From positions 1-61,413 of the forward strand of contig JAAILG010001828.1 of NCBI GenBank assembly GCA_012026655.1: a stretch of 61,413 nt of DNA, written 5' to 3'. The notes under the pieces were generated by a model. The model worked only from the letters and a program-made list of their open reading frames with translations. It was not told the origin of the DNA and searched no databases. This DNA is from Hydrolagus affinis (Eukaryota). The position numbers and the translations under genes are program-made. This document shows positions 37,416-49,783 of the stretch, in pieces. Every line of letters starts with the position of its first letter. Position 1 is the first letter of the stretch.

Positions 37416-38069
37416 AAGATGGTCAGTGATCAAATCTGAGCGTGTCTGCAACTGCTAACTGAGCTACTAAATGCAAGGACATTGCACCACGATGGATTAT
37501 CGACTCTTTAGAGTTTGCAAAGTGAATATGAAAACTAGATTGTTTTAAAATGGGAGAAATGTGGATGTCTGGCTCGTGGTGTTAGAACTGCAATCGATGC
37601 AAAGTCATCGTTGCTACACGTAAATTGGTTAGTAAGTTTGCCTACAAATACACAGTCAATGCACTTGATAGCAATTACCTGTAAAATGCTTTTTTTGCAA
37701 TGTGATAGCTGCTCAAGTAGCCAAATGGAAGGATTATTATCAATATCATCTGAGATTGTGACTCGATGCAATCGGGTGTTATATTTTTATAAATCCTCTA
37801 TTCTTCTTGACCTTCAAAAGGGAACTCATCTGCCTTGTAGTCAAACAACAGAGGGATTAAGTCAGGCAGGGCGAATGGGAATGAGAACCTGAATATTAAT
37901 CTTGTTTAATTTACTCAGATGATTTAATTACCCTTTAGATAACCGAGGTTTTAAGTCGGGGTTGCTAACGTTTCCAGGACCACAAGGGATGATAAAGCTC
38001 AACCCAAGCTCCAGGCAGTTGCTGCTGGAAATTGGTGAGGTTTATGGGTCAAAATTGTCCAACAACCGG

Positions 38070-38385
38070 ATAATAATAATAATAATAATTAAAAATAATC
38101 CTTGCATTTGATAATAGCGATTTTCATGTCTTCTAAAAGTATCAAAGCGCTTCGCAGGAATATGCTGTAAAATTGAATTGACTGTGCATGCGTGCAAACC
38201 GCGGCAGCCAATTGCGCACAGCGGTGTTCCACAAACTGTCGTGGATTGAGTTTTCTCTTGTTGAGGGATGATTAGTGGAGCATGTAGAGTAAGGAAACTT
38301 GCCCACGGTTTTGCCCGGCCGGGAATCAAAAACAAGGTCTCTCCCTTGCGAGGCGAGTGCTCTAACCACTGAGTTACAGGAATCC
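38070..38385 (-). mobile_element. Full-length SINE of the second head type
   Basis: Head ggattcctgtaactcagtggttagagcactcgcctcgcaag...gattcccggc; Deu core; tail. Confidence 0.88.
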
Positions 38386-40307
38386 ACAAATACAGGAATA
38401 AACCTGACTCTGATATCTTTGAACTCTTAACTGAATAGCAACTGGGTTTAATTACACCAGTAAAAGTCACTCACCTGACCCACAGTCCATCGTTTGTGCA
38501 ATGCTCCCTTTTAAGAAATTGAGACCTTGATGGAGAGCTCAAAGGGTTTGGCTGATTCTAATACATGACAAGTGTAGTCATGAGGATGTGATGGTCAGCT
38601 CACGAGTGGAAACGTTTATCTAATCATATGGCTTCTCGTAACACAATCCCTTCAAAGACAATGTGGTCAACTGCTGTGTGCAATTGTCTGCCACATTTCA
38701 CCCAAAAAATATACAGTCAATTCACTTTGTAGTACATTCTCTGAAGCACTTTGAGAAGTCTCGACACCGAGAAATACATGGAAATTAGGACTTTGTAGAC
38801 TGAGAAAATGACTTGTGGCTGCATTAGATTGTCACTTTACAGATCCTGCCACATCAGTAGGAATGTGCCGTCGATTTCTGCTAATACACATTCACGTTAG
38901 TGTTGTAAATTCTGCAGAGTTTTTTTTTACAGTTTGAACTGCTTAGGTATAAATCCAGATTTTTCTTTAATGCCCTTTTGGGGGGAAAAATTTATATATC
39001 AAGGACTTTGCTTCTGTTTAAAACACTAATTCATGCTCCACTTTCCATTCTCTATTACATCTCAGCCCTCTCACTGACATCTCGATCCGTCTCTGTCTGT
39101 CACATGCAAGAAGAATGTCAGCCTCATCGATCATTTATTGATTGGTTTAAATAGAAGCAGTGTCAGCTTTGAGAGAGATGAGCAGCAGAAGATGTAGCAA
39201 TGACAAATGCACAGCCGGGGTCTGCATACCATTAACATAATATTGTCCAAACTTACAGTCACTCAACTCTTTTTTGGGGGGGTGTGAAAAAAAATCTAGG
39301 ATAAAACTTTCTTCCTTACATAAAGTTCGAATAGGTCGTTGATGTTAAAGAGATGCGAGTATTAGAACATTAAAAAAAACAGACAGGGAATTACAGGCAA
39401 TGCTACATGGAGCACTGCAGCTTCCAGCGGAGTGTCTTGGGACACTGCATTGGATCCCCTAACAGACTGTTACAGTAAACTCAATATACTGCACTGGAGC
39501 TTAGAGTACTGCATCGGGGCGTTAAAACACATGGCTTTGGAACTCCAGAACATCCCGTGAAGCACTTTAAAGCCATCTCAACAATGTGATAAGGCGCGAT
39601 ATCAAGCACAAGCTTTATTATTATTATCATTCTCTGTGAAATCCAGTCACAAACTACATGTGCTGTACATTTTGATCATAGGCTGCACATTGTGTTCAAC
39701 ATTGATGCTTTAAGAGGTTGACAGGTACATACTTTAGCCTTTAGCAGATAGATGACTGACTGGAGCTTTCAAATAGCATTCTTAGAATAACATTATGAAT
39801 GCATCCTTCCATCAGGGATTAATGCTTGCTGAAAAGCCAGACTAGACATGGGTAAAAATACATATTATTTTATAATAGTCTATTTTAACCTTTGTTTGAT
39901 AAAATAGAAATAAAAAATGTTTTTTTTTTAGAAATCAATTGAAATAAGTATTCAAATGTCATCACCATAATCAGTTAAGCCTGAACATTTTTATTGCAAT
40001 TTCTTGCAAAAAAAGCATTACCAAAGTCAGCTAAGTGCAATGTTTCCCCCCAGAACGAGAGCTCAGTCATTTGAAAGCTGAGCATCAATGCAAGATGGAA
40101 TAAAAATTATAATTTTTCTTGAGGGATATTAGCATATTACATTAAGTACATCTGAATGCTGCGTGGCAATTTAGATTTATGCGCGATAGAATTTTAGTTT
40201 TGGAATGGCCCATGCAGATGGGAAAATAAGTTTCCGACATTTTCCGTGTCTGATTAATTCATTTATCACAATTGTTTCATTTCCCCCGTTGCTTATTTCA
40301 ATCAGAG

Positions 40308-40334
40308 GGAGAGAGAGAGAGAGAGAGAGAGAGA
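40308..40334. repeat. (AG)n microsatellite
   Basis: Directly visible. Confidence 0.9.
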
Positions 40335-40461
40335 CAGAAATGTTAAATAGTTCAAAATAGGCACAAGCTGTTGCTGGTGAAAAAAAAATGATAAAAGAAT
40401 TCTACACAAAACACAAAAGCCGCGAAGAAAACAGAGAGATCTCAGATCAAAAACAGCATCC

Positions 40462-40860
40462 TAATAATAATAATAATCCTTGCATTTGATGTAACGCTCT
40501 TTCATGTCCGTGAGACGTCTCAAAGCGCATCGCAGATTACATTGTACAACAAATTGAATTGACTGTATATTTTGTGGGTGAATCATAGAAGGTTTGCAGC
40601 ACAGAAGGAGCCTCATTCATCCATCCCATTGTGCCTTTACTGGCATACAATACTGGCATACATTGTATTGTATATATATATATATATACTGTATATATTT
40701 CTCCTTCTCAGATAATTATCCAATTCCATCTTAAAAACTAATATGGATTCTGCCTCAGTGAAGGTTTCAGGTATGGCATTCCGTGTCCTTAACAACGGGT
40801 TGTGTTAAAAAAAAATACTAGCGTTTTATTCTAAGTTTTCTCCACAGTAATTATTTAAAA
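40462..40860 (-). mobile_element. SINE 3' fragment (40462-40580) followed by a diverged CR1 3' end (40581-40860)
   Basis: SINE tail reverse complement, then aatcatagaaggtttgcagcacagaaggag...ttatccaattcc...ggattctgcctc...ggcattcc. Confidence 0.75.
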
Positions 40861-41245
40861 CAGTTATACTGTACGAAAAACCAATTAATTCTGGAGATTG
40901 ATGATGCAATTCAAATGACATGGTACTGTTTTCGCAGGTAGTTAGTACTAATGCTGTATGGTATATGCAGTTCAGCTCACTTGGTTAGCAATACTCACTG
41001 ATTCTAAACTAATGTGTTTCTGTGAATTCACGCTACGTGATTCTTAACCTTTTCCTTATTGCCTTCAGCACATCAGGAAGTCCTCCTGATGTGAAACGTG
41101 ACCCACTCTTTTGTCCCCCACTTTCAGCTCCATTTGGACATTTAGATAAATCTTCTTTGATAAGTCATCTTGAAAAGACTTCGTCCAATTTGAGCTGGCC
41201 CCCACCTCCAAAAAAATTATTCCTGGTTCGAATTTAGCTTAGTTT

Positions 41246-41569
41246 GGAGTCCTATAGCTCAGTGGTTAGAGCACTCGCCTTACAAGCGTGAGGCCTGTGT
41301 GAGACATTGCAGGTCAGGGCAAAACCGTGGGCAAGTTTCCTTATACCACACACACACCTAATAATAATCCCTCCAAAAAAAACACAATAATAAAATTGAT
41401 CATTTTAATCCACGACTGTTTGTGAGACACTGCTGTGCGCAATTGGCTGCTGCGTTTCGCCCACAAATATACCAACAATTCACTTTACAGTATATTCTGT
41501 GAACCGCTTTGAGACATCTAGAAGACGTGATAAGGCGCTATACCAAAAGCAAGGATTATTATTATTATT
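41246..41569 (+). mobile_element. Full-length tRNA/Deu SINE with a disrupted B box
   Basis: A box intact; gttcgaatcc replaced by gtgagacattg; body and tail intact. Confidence 0.92.
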
Positions 41570-41977
41570 GTAACTTGATCCGTAACTTTAGTTTTCCTTA
41601 AAAAAACAGACCATCATGTGCAAATAGGAATTGAATCTATCATCGCAAGTAAAGTTATATTTTCGCCCACTTGCTTGTTATGTGGTGGGGGAGCCTCCGA
41701 TGGTGCGGCTCACAGACTCGGTGGTTTCGATTCCGATACGTGCTGAGATTGCAACACTTAGACACAGCTCCACGCAGAGGCTAAATTAGCTCCAGCCTTT
41801 ACTTCCCAGGGTTAGGGAGATTAACATCAGGTGTGATTGCTGCTGCTGATCCCAGTCACTTAGTCAACGAGTCATTCCACTCAGCTCCCTGCTAATCCTG
41901 CAAATCACAGCGCTAATGGGTAAGGATGGTCCTATCTGGACAAGCAGTAGGACAGCTTGCCAGACAGCGATAGCAAT

Positions 41978-42313
41978 GGAGTTCCTGTAGCTCAGTGGTT
42001 AGAGCACTCGTCTTACAAGCGTGAGACCTGTGTTTGAATCCAGGCAGGTCAGGGCGAAACCTTGGGCAAGTTTCCTTACTCCACACGCCTAATAATAATA
42101 ATCCCCCCAAAAAAAATCACAATAATAAAAATTGATAATTTCAATCCTCGACTGTTTGTGGGGACGCTGCTGTGCGCAATTGGCTGCCGCGTTTCGCCCA
42201 CAAATATACAGTCAATTTACTTTACAATATATTCTGTGAAGCGCTTTGAGACATCTAGAAGACGCGAAAAAGCGCTACATCCAATGCAATGCTTAGTATT
42301 ATTATTATTATTA
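41978..42313 (+). mobile_element. Full-length tRNA/Deu SINE
   Basis: Close to the window consensus throughout. Confidence 0.94.
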
Positions 42314-42379
42314 TCAATAGTACACTATGCGGTTTTAGCAAAATTCACACCTTTGTTCAGGTCAAGTTGGGTCAAAACC

Positions 42380-42523
42380 CTGACAAAAAGTCATTGAGCT
42401 GAAATGTCGACTCACCGTCCTCTCTATTGTCGACTCACTGTCCCCCTATTATCTACCTGATCTGCCGAGCGTTCCCAGCGACTTGTTTTTTTATGTCAGA
42501 TTTCCAGCGTCCGCAGTATTTTA
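42380..42523 (+). mobile_element. Penelope-type repeat relic with a decayed minimal hammerhead motif
   Basis: ctgacaa-aaagtcattgagct-gaaatgtcgac...cctgatctgccgag...tcagatttccagcgtccgcagtatttt resembles a common shark repeat as I recall it. Confidence 0.55.
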
Positions 42524-43744
42524 ACTTAAAATAAATCCCATTTCAGCTCCATCTACTGGTCGTGGCAGGCAGGTCAGGGCAGGGCAGGTCAGGGCTCAGG
42601 AAGAGTGGCCAAAGGGGCTCACATACAAACGCTGGACACTTTGCTGGACAGCCAACAGTGCCTGTGGACAAGCATCGGGAGACTGCGGAGCATGAGATGG
42701 CAAACCTCTGCAAATGAGTGCGCACAAAACAGAAAATGAATTGGGATTCATTCAAATTAAAATAAGAACAAGAGAAATGAGACTGTAAATTTTCCGCAGC
42801 TCTAATCGCATTGTGAAACAACACATCACTTGGACTTCTCCTCTGCCACCTAATCAAATACATAAGTCACATTACGTCGCCTAATTCTAATAAGCGACTA
42901 ACAAATAATCCACTCAGGGCTGTTCCATTTGCAATAAAAATGTACACCGATCAGCAAACTAAGTGACAAACAAGTCGCTGGTGAAAAATTAGCTTTGCTG
43001 CCTCTAAATAATAAGCTTGTGATTAAAATGCTTACGAGAATACTGTAACTCTATGGAAATCAACAGTGAGCTGTGATGCTATAATTGTATGTTTGAGCAG
43101 CCAGCATCTCCCAATCTCAGCTCCCATCACTGGGAAGGGAAGAAATAAATGAAGAAATTCAAGCACAAAATGTTGCAAGTGGAAATGCAATTTTCATTGG
43201 TATTATATAATAATAGCATTATTATAGGTATTATATGATAGAAACCCCTTCAGGATTAATCTATTTTACATCCATCATGTCTTGGAAAGAATAACAACAT
43301 GTATTACTTATGATTTAAATAGAGTTCCCCGTCTTCAATCACTTTTGGAAATCTTGACATTAAAAGTATCAGAGAGTACAAGTTACTATCTTTTCTTTGG
43401 CTTTTTTTGTTCTTCGAATGAACGCCTGCTATAAATCTTCTCGAATTAGTGTTCGCATCCACGAGTGGAGGAGGCAAAACATTCTATATTTTGCGCTTAA
43501 TTGTTCTGGCAGGTGGGCTCTCAGACACACTCGGTGCTTGCTGAATGAATAACTAAATAAATAAATAAATAAATATGGTGATGTCTGTGAATTTTTATTA
43601 ACAAATGCACAAATTGCCCTCATAAGATGACGCATCTCGCTGCAACTTTCACTCCGAGATGTTGCATGATACATCCCAAACTTTAGATAGTTAAGCACGT
43701 TAACAAAAAAAGCCTTGGAAAAACACCTGCAAATTTCAAGATGG

Positions 43745-44053
43745 GTGGTTAGAGCGCTCGCCTGACAAGCGTGAGATCCGTATTCAAATCCAGGCAGGTC
43801 AGGGCGAAACCTTGGGCAAGTTTCCTTACGTCACACGCATGCACGCGCGTGCCTAAGAATTATGATCCCTCAAAAAATTGGTTCATTTCATTCCACGATT
43901 GTCTGTGGGGACCCTGCTGCCCTCAATTGGTTACTGCGTTTCGCCCCACAAGTAAACAGTCAATTCACTTTACAGTATTCTGTGAAGGCGCTTTGAAACG
44001 TCTAGAAGACGTAAAAAACGCTACATATATCAAATGCAAGGATTATTATTATT
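43745..44053 (+). mobile_element. Near full-length tRNA/Deu SINE
   Basis: gtggttagagcgctcgcc through the tail. Confidence 0.9.
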
Positions 44054-45278
44054 ACAACAACAACAAAAATGACTTTTATTAAAGTATTAATCGCGTAATA
44101 ATCCTTGCGTGTGTCACGACAAAGAACTCTTAACAAGATTGGCCAAAAGTTTTGCGAATGTATTCACACAATTTGGCGCACAACCTTCAGACTCAGAAGC
44201 AAGACATTACCAACTGAGACAAGTCTGGATCTGTCTGTGTTCTCTACCTTACTGTGAGCTCCAAAGCAGGCTGAAGATCGTTGGACGTTTAGAGGAGATT
44301 GTTTATTCTTTGCAACCGAACACTTCACGCTCCTTTACAAGCAAAACCCGCGCTGCAGAATACAGTACATTCGTTTTTTACTCTCACTTTTCTCTCACCT
44401 TTTCACTCCCAAATTTATATAACACAGGTGCGATGAAAATACCAGGAGAAAGCCTAGTCAAACAAAGGCGAGTACGCAACAATCAACAAGAAAGATAGCA
44501 AACAAGAGCAAACCTTAGGGTTTAAGGCGGACACAATGACAACCGAGGAGGAGAGATTTACACAGAGGATACGCAGATGTACAGTAAAAGGTGCGTGCGG
44601 CAAAAGAGATAAAGATAAGATTTGGAAAGCCGAGGAATAAGATGGCCGCATTGATAATTGGACGGACGGCAGGTGAATAATGTGAAAGAGAATTACATCA
44701 GAAGTCAAGTTGAATTGCTATGATTTTGCCGTACCCCAACCAAAATTATGAAGCACATTTTTGTGACTGATGGCTTATATATATCTGGTGTAATATTATG
44801 AAATAATGGCAGTAAATATCGATACAAACTCTTTTTCCAAAAAAAACACAGAAAGTCTGAACCTGGTTACGTGGTAACTATAGTTATGTCGGTGTGACTG
44901 ACAGATTGATGCTCTGTGCGCGAAGCGTGAAATTTGATACAAATGCCAACCGAAGCCCCCATCCCCAAAAAAGTGATGAAACCTTAGACGAGCTGAACAG
45001 CAGATAAACAATTACTCAGGTGCTATCAGGTTCAATTGGAATAATTAGTCATCAGGAATTCTTGCAGACTCACCATTCAGCAAAAGGATTGAAGGTCGAG
45101 CTCCTCACGTGTGTGCACAATGCCTAAAAATACGTAATAAATCAATATTTCCCCCCCACCCCCCACACCAAGTGACGGATCAGTCATTATTCACTTTGAT
45201 GTCTGATGACCATCTCAGCCATTGTGCATCGCTCCGAGAGGTTGGGGTGGGGGTGCATTCTGTGTTAAGGGAGCTATA

Positions 45279-45620
45279 TAATAATAATAATCCTTGCATT
45301 TGATATAGCGCTTTTCACGTCTTCTAGACCGTCTCAAATTGCTTCATAGAATATACTGTAAAGTGAATTGACTGTATATTACTCCACACACCTAATAATA
45401 ATTCGTAATAATCTGTCAAAAAAAACACAATAATAAAAGTGGTCATTTCAATCCATGACTGTTTGTCGTGGGGCACTGCTGTGTGCAATTGGCTGTCGCG
45501 TTTCACCCACAAAATATACAGTGAATTCACTTACAGTACTTTATACTCTATGAAGTGCTTTGAGACGTTGATAAGATGTGAAAAGCGCTATATCAAATGC
45601 AAGGATAATTATTATTATTA
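45279..45620. mobile_element. Fused inverted SINE pair (- 45279-45378, + 45379-45620)
   Basis: Reverse-complement tail joined directly to a + copy that starts at ttactccacac. Confidence 0.9.
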
Positions 45621-48067
45621 TTTGTACTACATTATAAATGCAAGTTGTTATTTTGTCCCATCTCACATGCAGTGGGCACCCTAATGCTATGGTCTAATAT
45701 GTGAGGTTCAGTGGGAGCACTGTGCAATTGTAATGTCTGTTACAACGAGGCTAAGATGGCCATTGACTCAAGGTAGAATGCAATAAACACTTAGCCTAAA
45801 GCAGACGTACCATTAAATGGCCTCAAAGCTATTCACTCCGTCACTGCCACTTGACTGGGTTCCCTTTTCCTTCCAGAGCCTGGACATTCAGGATCGTCCT
45901 CTCAATTGGGAACTGGAAAATACCACAGCCTTTTTAATGGCTGTTTTGTGGTAACAGTGACTAAATAATTTCAATAGTCATCACAGGTCTAGCTCAGGAA
46001 GTACATACAGCGAATGTTATGCATTCATAAAACGAAATATTCCTCCTCATTTCCATGAGTTTATTACTGTACAGAAGCTCTTGTTTTATTCAGCGATGCC
46101 TTGCCGCTCCATTGACTTACATTGTTAGCTGCTTAATTATACAATCCATCAAATCTTTTTTTTTGCAAAAATGAGAAACTGCTTTACATTCCCCGCAATT
46201 AAAATTCCATTGAAGATCATTGGTATTTCTGCTGGATAGATTGGGTGCAGTTAAGGAGTGCCTGCTCGCCAGCCCCCGTTTAATGCATGAGTATTTGACG
46301 ATAAAAATTAATCACATCTTTCTCAGCGAGTTTCAACATAGCTCCAGCGCCCCGCCAGATCGAAGAGAAGAGGGCACTCGGTGTGATTAAAACACTGGCT
46401 GATGTTACCTTTCCTCCAAATCTGGGCAGCACAATCCAGGTCCATTTTGTTAACAAATGCACAAAGTCTACTTTGCCGCCAAAAGAAAACACACACACAC
46501 CCACATACACAGCCAATCGACTTTGTGATGTATCCTTAGCAAAGTGCTTCGAGACCTCCTTCCGATGTGATAAGGCCCTAAAACCATACGCAAGGATTAC
46601 TTATGACTATGGAAATATTTCCCATGTTTCTAACCCTCAATAGTAATGTATTCAAACGAAGAGAGAGAGAGAGAGGAACGAACGAGGGTTCCATGAAAGG
46701 CGCGAACAGCAACACACACGAAGCTAGAACACACGCACAAGCCGATGCTCAGTAATTGACAAGTTTGCTTTCTTGGCTCTTGTGTCCCTCTTTCATCCCT
46801 TTTCGCTCTCGACAGACACCTTGACGATAACGATTTATTAATACACGTGTTCCGCTCAGCATGTCGTCCCTTCTGCTTGCTCAGCGGTGGGGAAAAACAA
46901 ACGGGGGAAGACAAAATAAATACAATAAATGATTCAAAATGTACTCTTTGAAAATAAAGGTACTGATAAAATTCGCAAGTGGTTTTACACAATTACCTAC
47001 CAATGGATACCTACCATACCTACCCAATCTCCTACTACAATCAAAAATCAATGCCTCTCGTATTAGTTAGCTGGTGCAGAAGAACCTGTGAGGTTTTAAG
47101 TTGGGTTGATCATCGTCCAAGAGTGTGCGTGTGTGTGGAGGGGAGGTGGGGGGGGGGTCTTAATCAGAAACACGGAAACTACTGTGGTAATCGAGTGTGA
47201 TCGCATCGCACCCGATATAAAAGGTTCAAATTAATTTCAACGTTTGATGTTATTCCTGAAATTTACATAGATTTAATCACCTGATGCGTGTAATTACACG
47301 AGGTGCTCTCTCATTGTAAGCAACAGCTTAAGGCGAAAAGTGTTAGAAAAAACATCGGCCGATTCCCATTGATACTTTGTCACAAGAGTTGCTGCAATTC
47401 TACCACCAAATGCGTGAGCATTTAAGCGCTCAGCGGACGGCATTAAATGCACCCGAAAACATCGACTGAAAACGACAAAAAAAGCAAGTTTATGATCCGC
47501 CAAGTGCCAGAGTAATTTATTATTTAAAGGATCCAACAAGCCATACGTATATAGACTTTCTGTTTATGCTGTATACTGAATAAAAATGCCACCAGTGCCT
47601 TCTTTACAGCCAGGGTATAAACATGAATAATGCAACAATATAGTCCGGCCTTGATGTAGATCAGTAACAGTTTGAATAAGCTGTAAAATGCTGCTTGAAG
47701 CTGTAAAAAAAAGCCAGTGATTATTCCATTGCACGATACAATCAGAAGAAAATACAACCGAGAAAAGGCTCCTCGTCTGATCAGACAGTAAGTCCTGCTA
47801 AGTTTCTGCGGCTCGACTTCAACTAGCGTATTAAATCTGCTTACACGCACCAACTATAAACATATTAGAACCGTAGTCTGAAGAGATAAAACTATTCAAA
47901 GGATCGCAGTCAAGTTGCTCATTAGCCACCCTCATTTTCTCAGCTTTTAACACTTTACAAAGTGCTACAATGACAACTTGAATCTCCGCGAACCTTTTGA
48001 CCAGAGGTTGAGTGCTGGGTAGAAAATAACAACTCACATTTATGTAAGTGCCCTTTTACACAGGGTA

Positions 48068-48167
48068 NNNNNNNNNNNNNNNNNNNNNNNNNNNNNNNNN
48101 NNNNNNNNNNNNNNNNNNNNNNNNNNNNNNNNNNNNNNNNNNNNNNNNNNNNNNNNNNNNNNNNNNN
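48068..48167. other. Assembly gap (100 N)
   Basis: Run of N. Confidence 0.99.
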
Positions 48168-48540
48168 AGGGTAGGGGGAAGGAGAGTAGGAGAGGGGGAA
48201 GAGTTTGGAGGGGAGGTCTTGAGACTGGCCTTGAAGGAGGGAAAGGAGGAGGTGAGGCGAAAGGATTGCGGGATGGAGTTCCAGAGTGTGGGGGCAGCGA
48301 GGCTGAAAGCCCGGCCACCGATGGTTGGGCAGTTAGGGCGGTGGACGCGGAGCCGGCCAGAGAATGCAGAGTGGAGGGGCGGGCAGGCTGATAGGAAAAC
48401 AGCAGGTTGGAGAGATAGGCGGGGGCAAGGCCTTGAATGGCTTTGAAGGTGAGAATGAGTATATTGAATTCGATCCTCTGGGGGATAGGGAGCCAGTGAA
48501 GACGGGCCAGGGTGAGGGCGAGGGCGATGTGGTCGCGACA
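48168..48540 (-). mobile_element. L2 LINE ORF2 C-terminal fragment, frameshifted
   Basis: Translates DHIA..LARLHWLPIPQRIEFNILILTFKAIQGLAPAYLSNLL, a hallmark L2 motif. Confidence 0.93.
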
Positions 48541-49577
48541 GTGATTTGCAACAGCAAATGAGAGGCAGAATCCCCGAGCTTGTTGGATAAACTGGAAAGC
48601 AATTGCTTCTGTCAGAATTACTCTAATCCCTTTAAGGGTACTCCATATTCCCATTTAGATATCGCCTTCAATACACGAGTTAGCAGATTATCGCTCAACT
48701 GTTTGAACCTAAAACTCCTCGAACACAGAAACACACCAATTTCACTAATACTTTTGACCGATAAATGGGATCGTTGCTAAGGATCATTAACTCCCTGTGA
48801 TTACAAATACTCAATGAAAGGAATTATATCAGCCCCTATAATTTACGTGGTGCGACAATTCTGTTATATTGACTTTTTTTTTAATGGGATTAAAGGTTAA
48901 AGCCAAAACTTTACAACTATTTAACAAGTTGAGAGTCGCATAATGAAGAGACCTGTGGTGAATGTGAGTAGCAATAACGATGCCACTGGGTTCCACATTG
49001 TCAAAGAGTCGTTGAGTATTAAATAAACAGTTATATTTATTGTAGGATTATTATTATTATAAGTAAATGTCGTTGTTGTTCAGCAACTCAATGCAGATTG
49101 CAGAATGAAGATAGCTGAGTAAAAACTGTATAAAAATGTTCCCGATGTACAGTTGTTTGAGGGGCCTGTTTCTATGTTGTACACTCTGTGTTAATCTCTA
49201 CTTGTTTCAAAATGCGTGCAGCCTCATAGTAATCAGATACAGAACACAACCAAATCTCTGCAAAGGGCTCTGCCAATTGAAAGTGTGTTGATTTGCGCTT
49301 ATGTACTACAGTTAATTCACCACAAACATCTCACCCGCTTGCTGTGTGTGTGTGTGCACGAGGTGGGTGGGGAGGGGGTGGGGGGTGGTTCTGTGGTACA
49401 ATTGCTTCCGTTGGAAAATATATCAGACCTCCCTTTCTTCTAAAAATCAACTCCCAAGAGAACAGATCTGCTGCTCTCATTTCCATACTTGTTGTTCATC
49501 CCGATATAAAGTAACAAGAGGATAGAAAGTAAATTTTAAATCCAACTGTTATTCACTTGTGAAAGGTTAGTAAGGGT

Positions 49578-49783
49578 GATAATCCCTCCACCACATAATA
49601 ATAATTTGGTCACACCACGACAGATTGTGGGGCAATGCTGTGCGGGATTGGTTGTCATGTTTCACCCATAAAATATACAGTCAATTCACTCTACAATATA
49701 TCCTGCAAAGTGCTTTAAGATGACACAACAATGGGATAAGGCGCTCTATCAAATGCAAAAATCATTATTAATATTATTATTAT
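49578..49783 (+). mobile_element. Diverged SINE 3' half
   Basis: gataatccctcc...ggtcac...aaatatacagtcaattcact...tatcaaatgcaa. Confidence 0.8.

Noticed and set aside
48040-48654. 204-aa ORF, the longest in the track
   Set aside because: Frameshifted L2 fragment read through an N gap.
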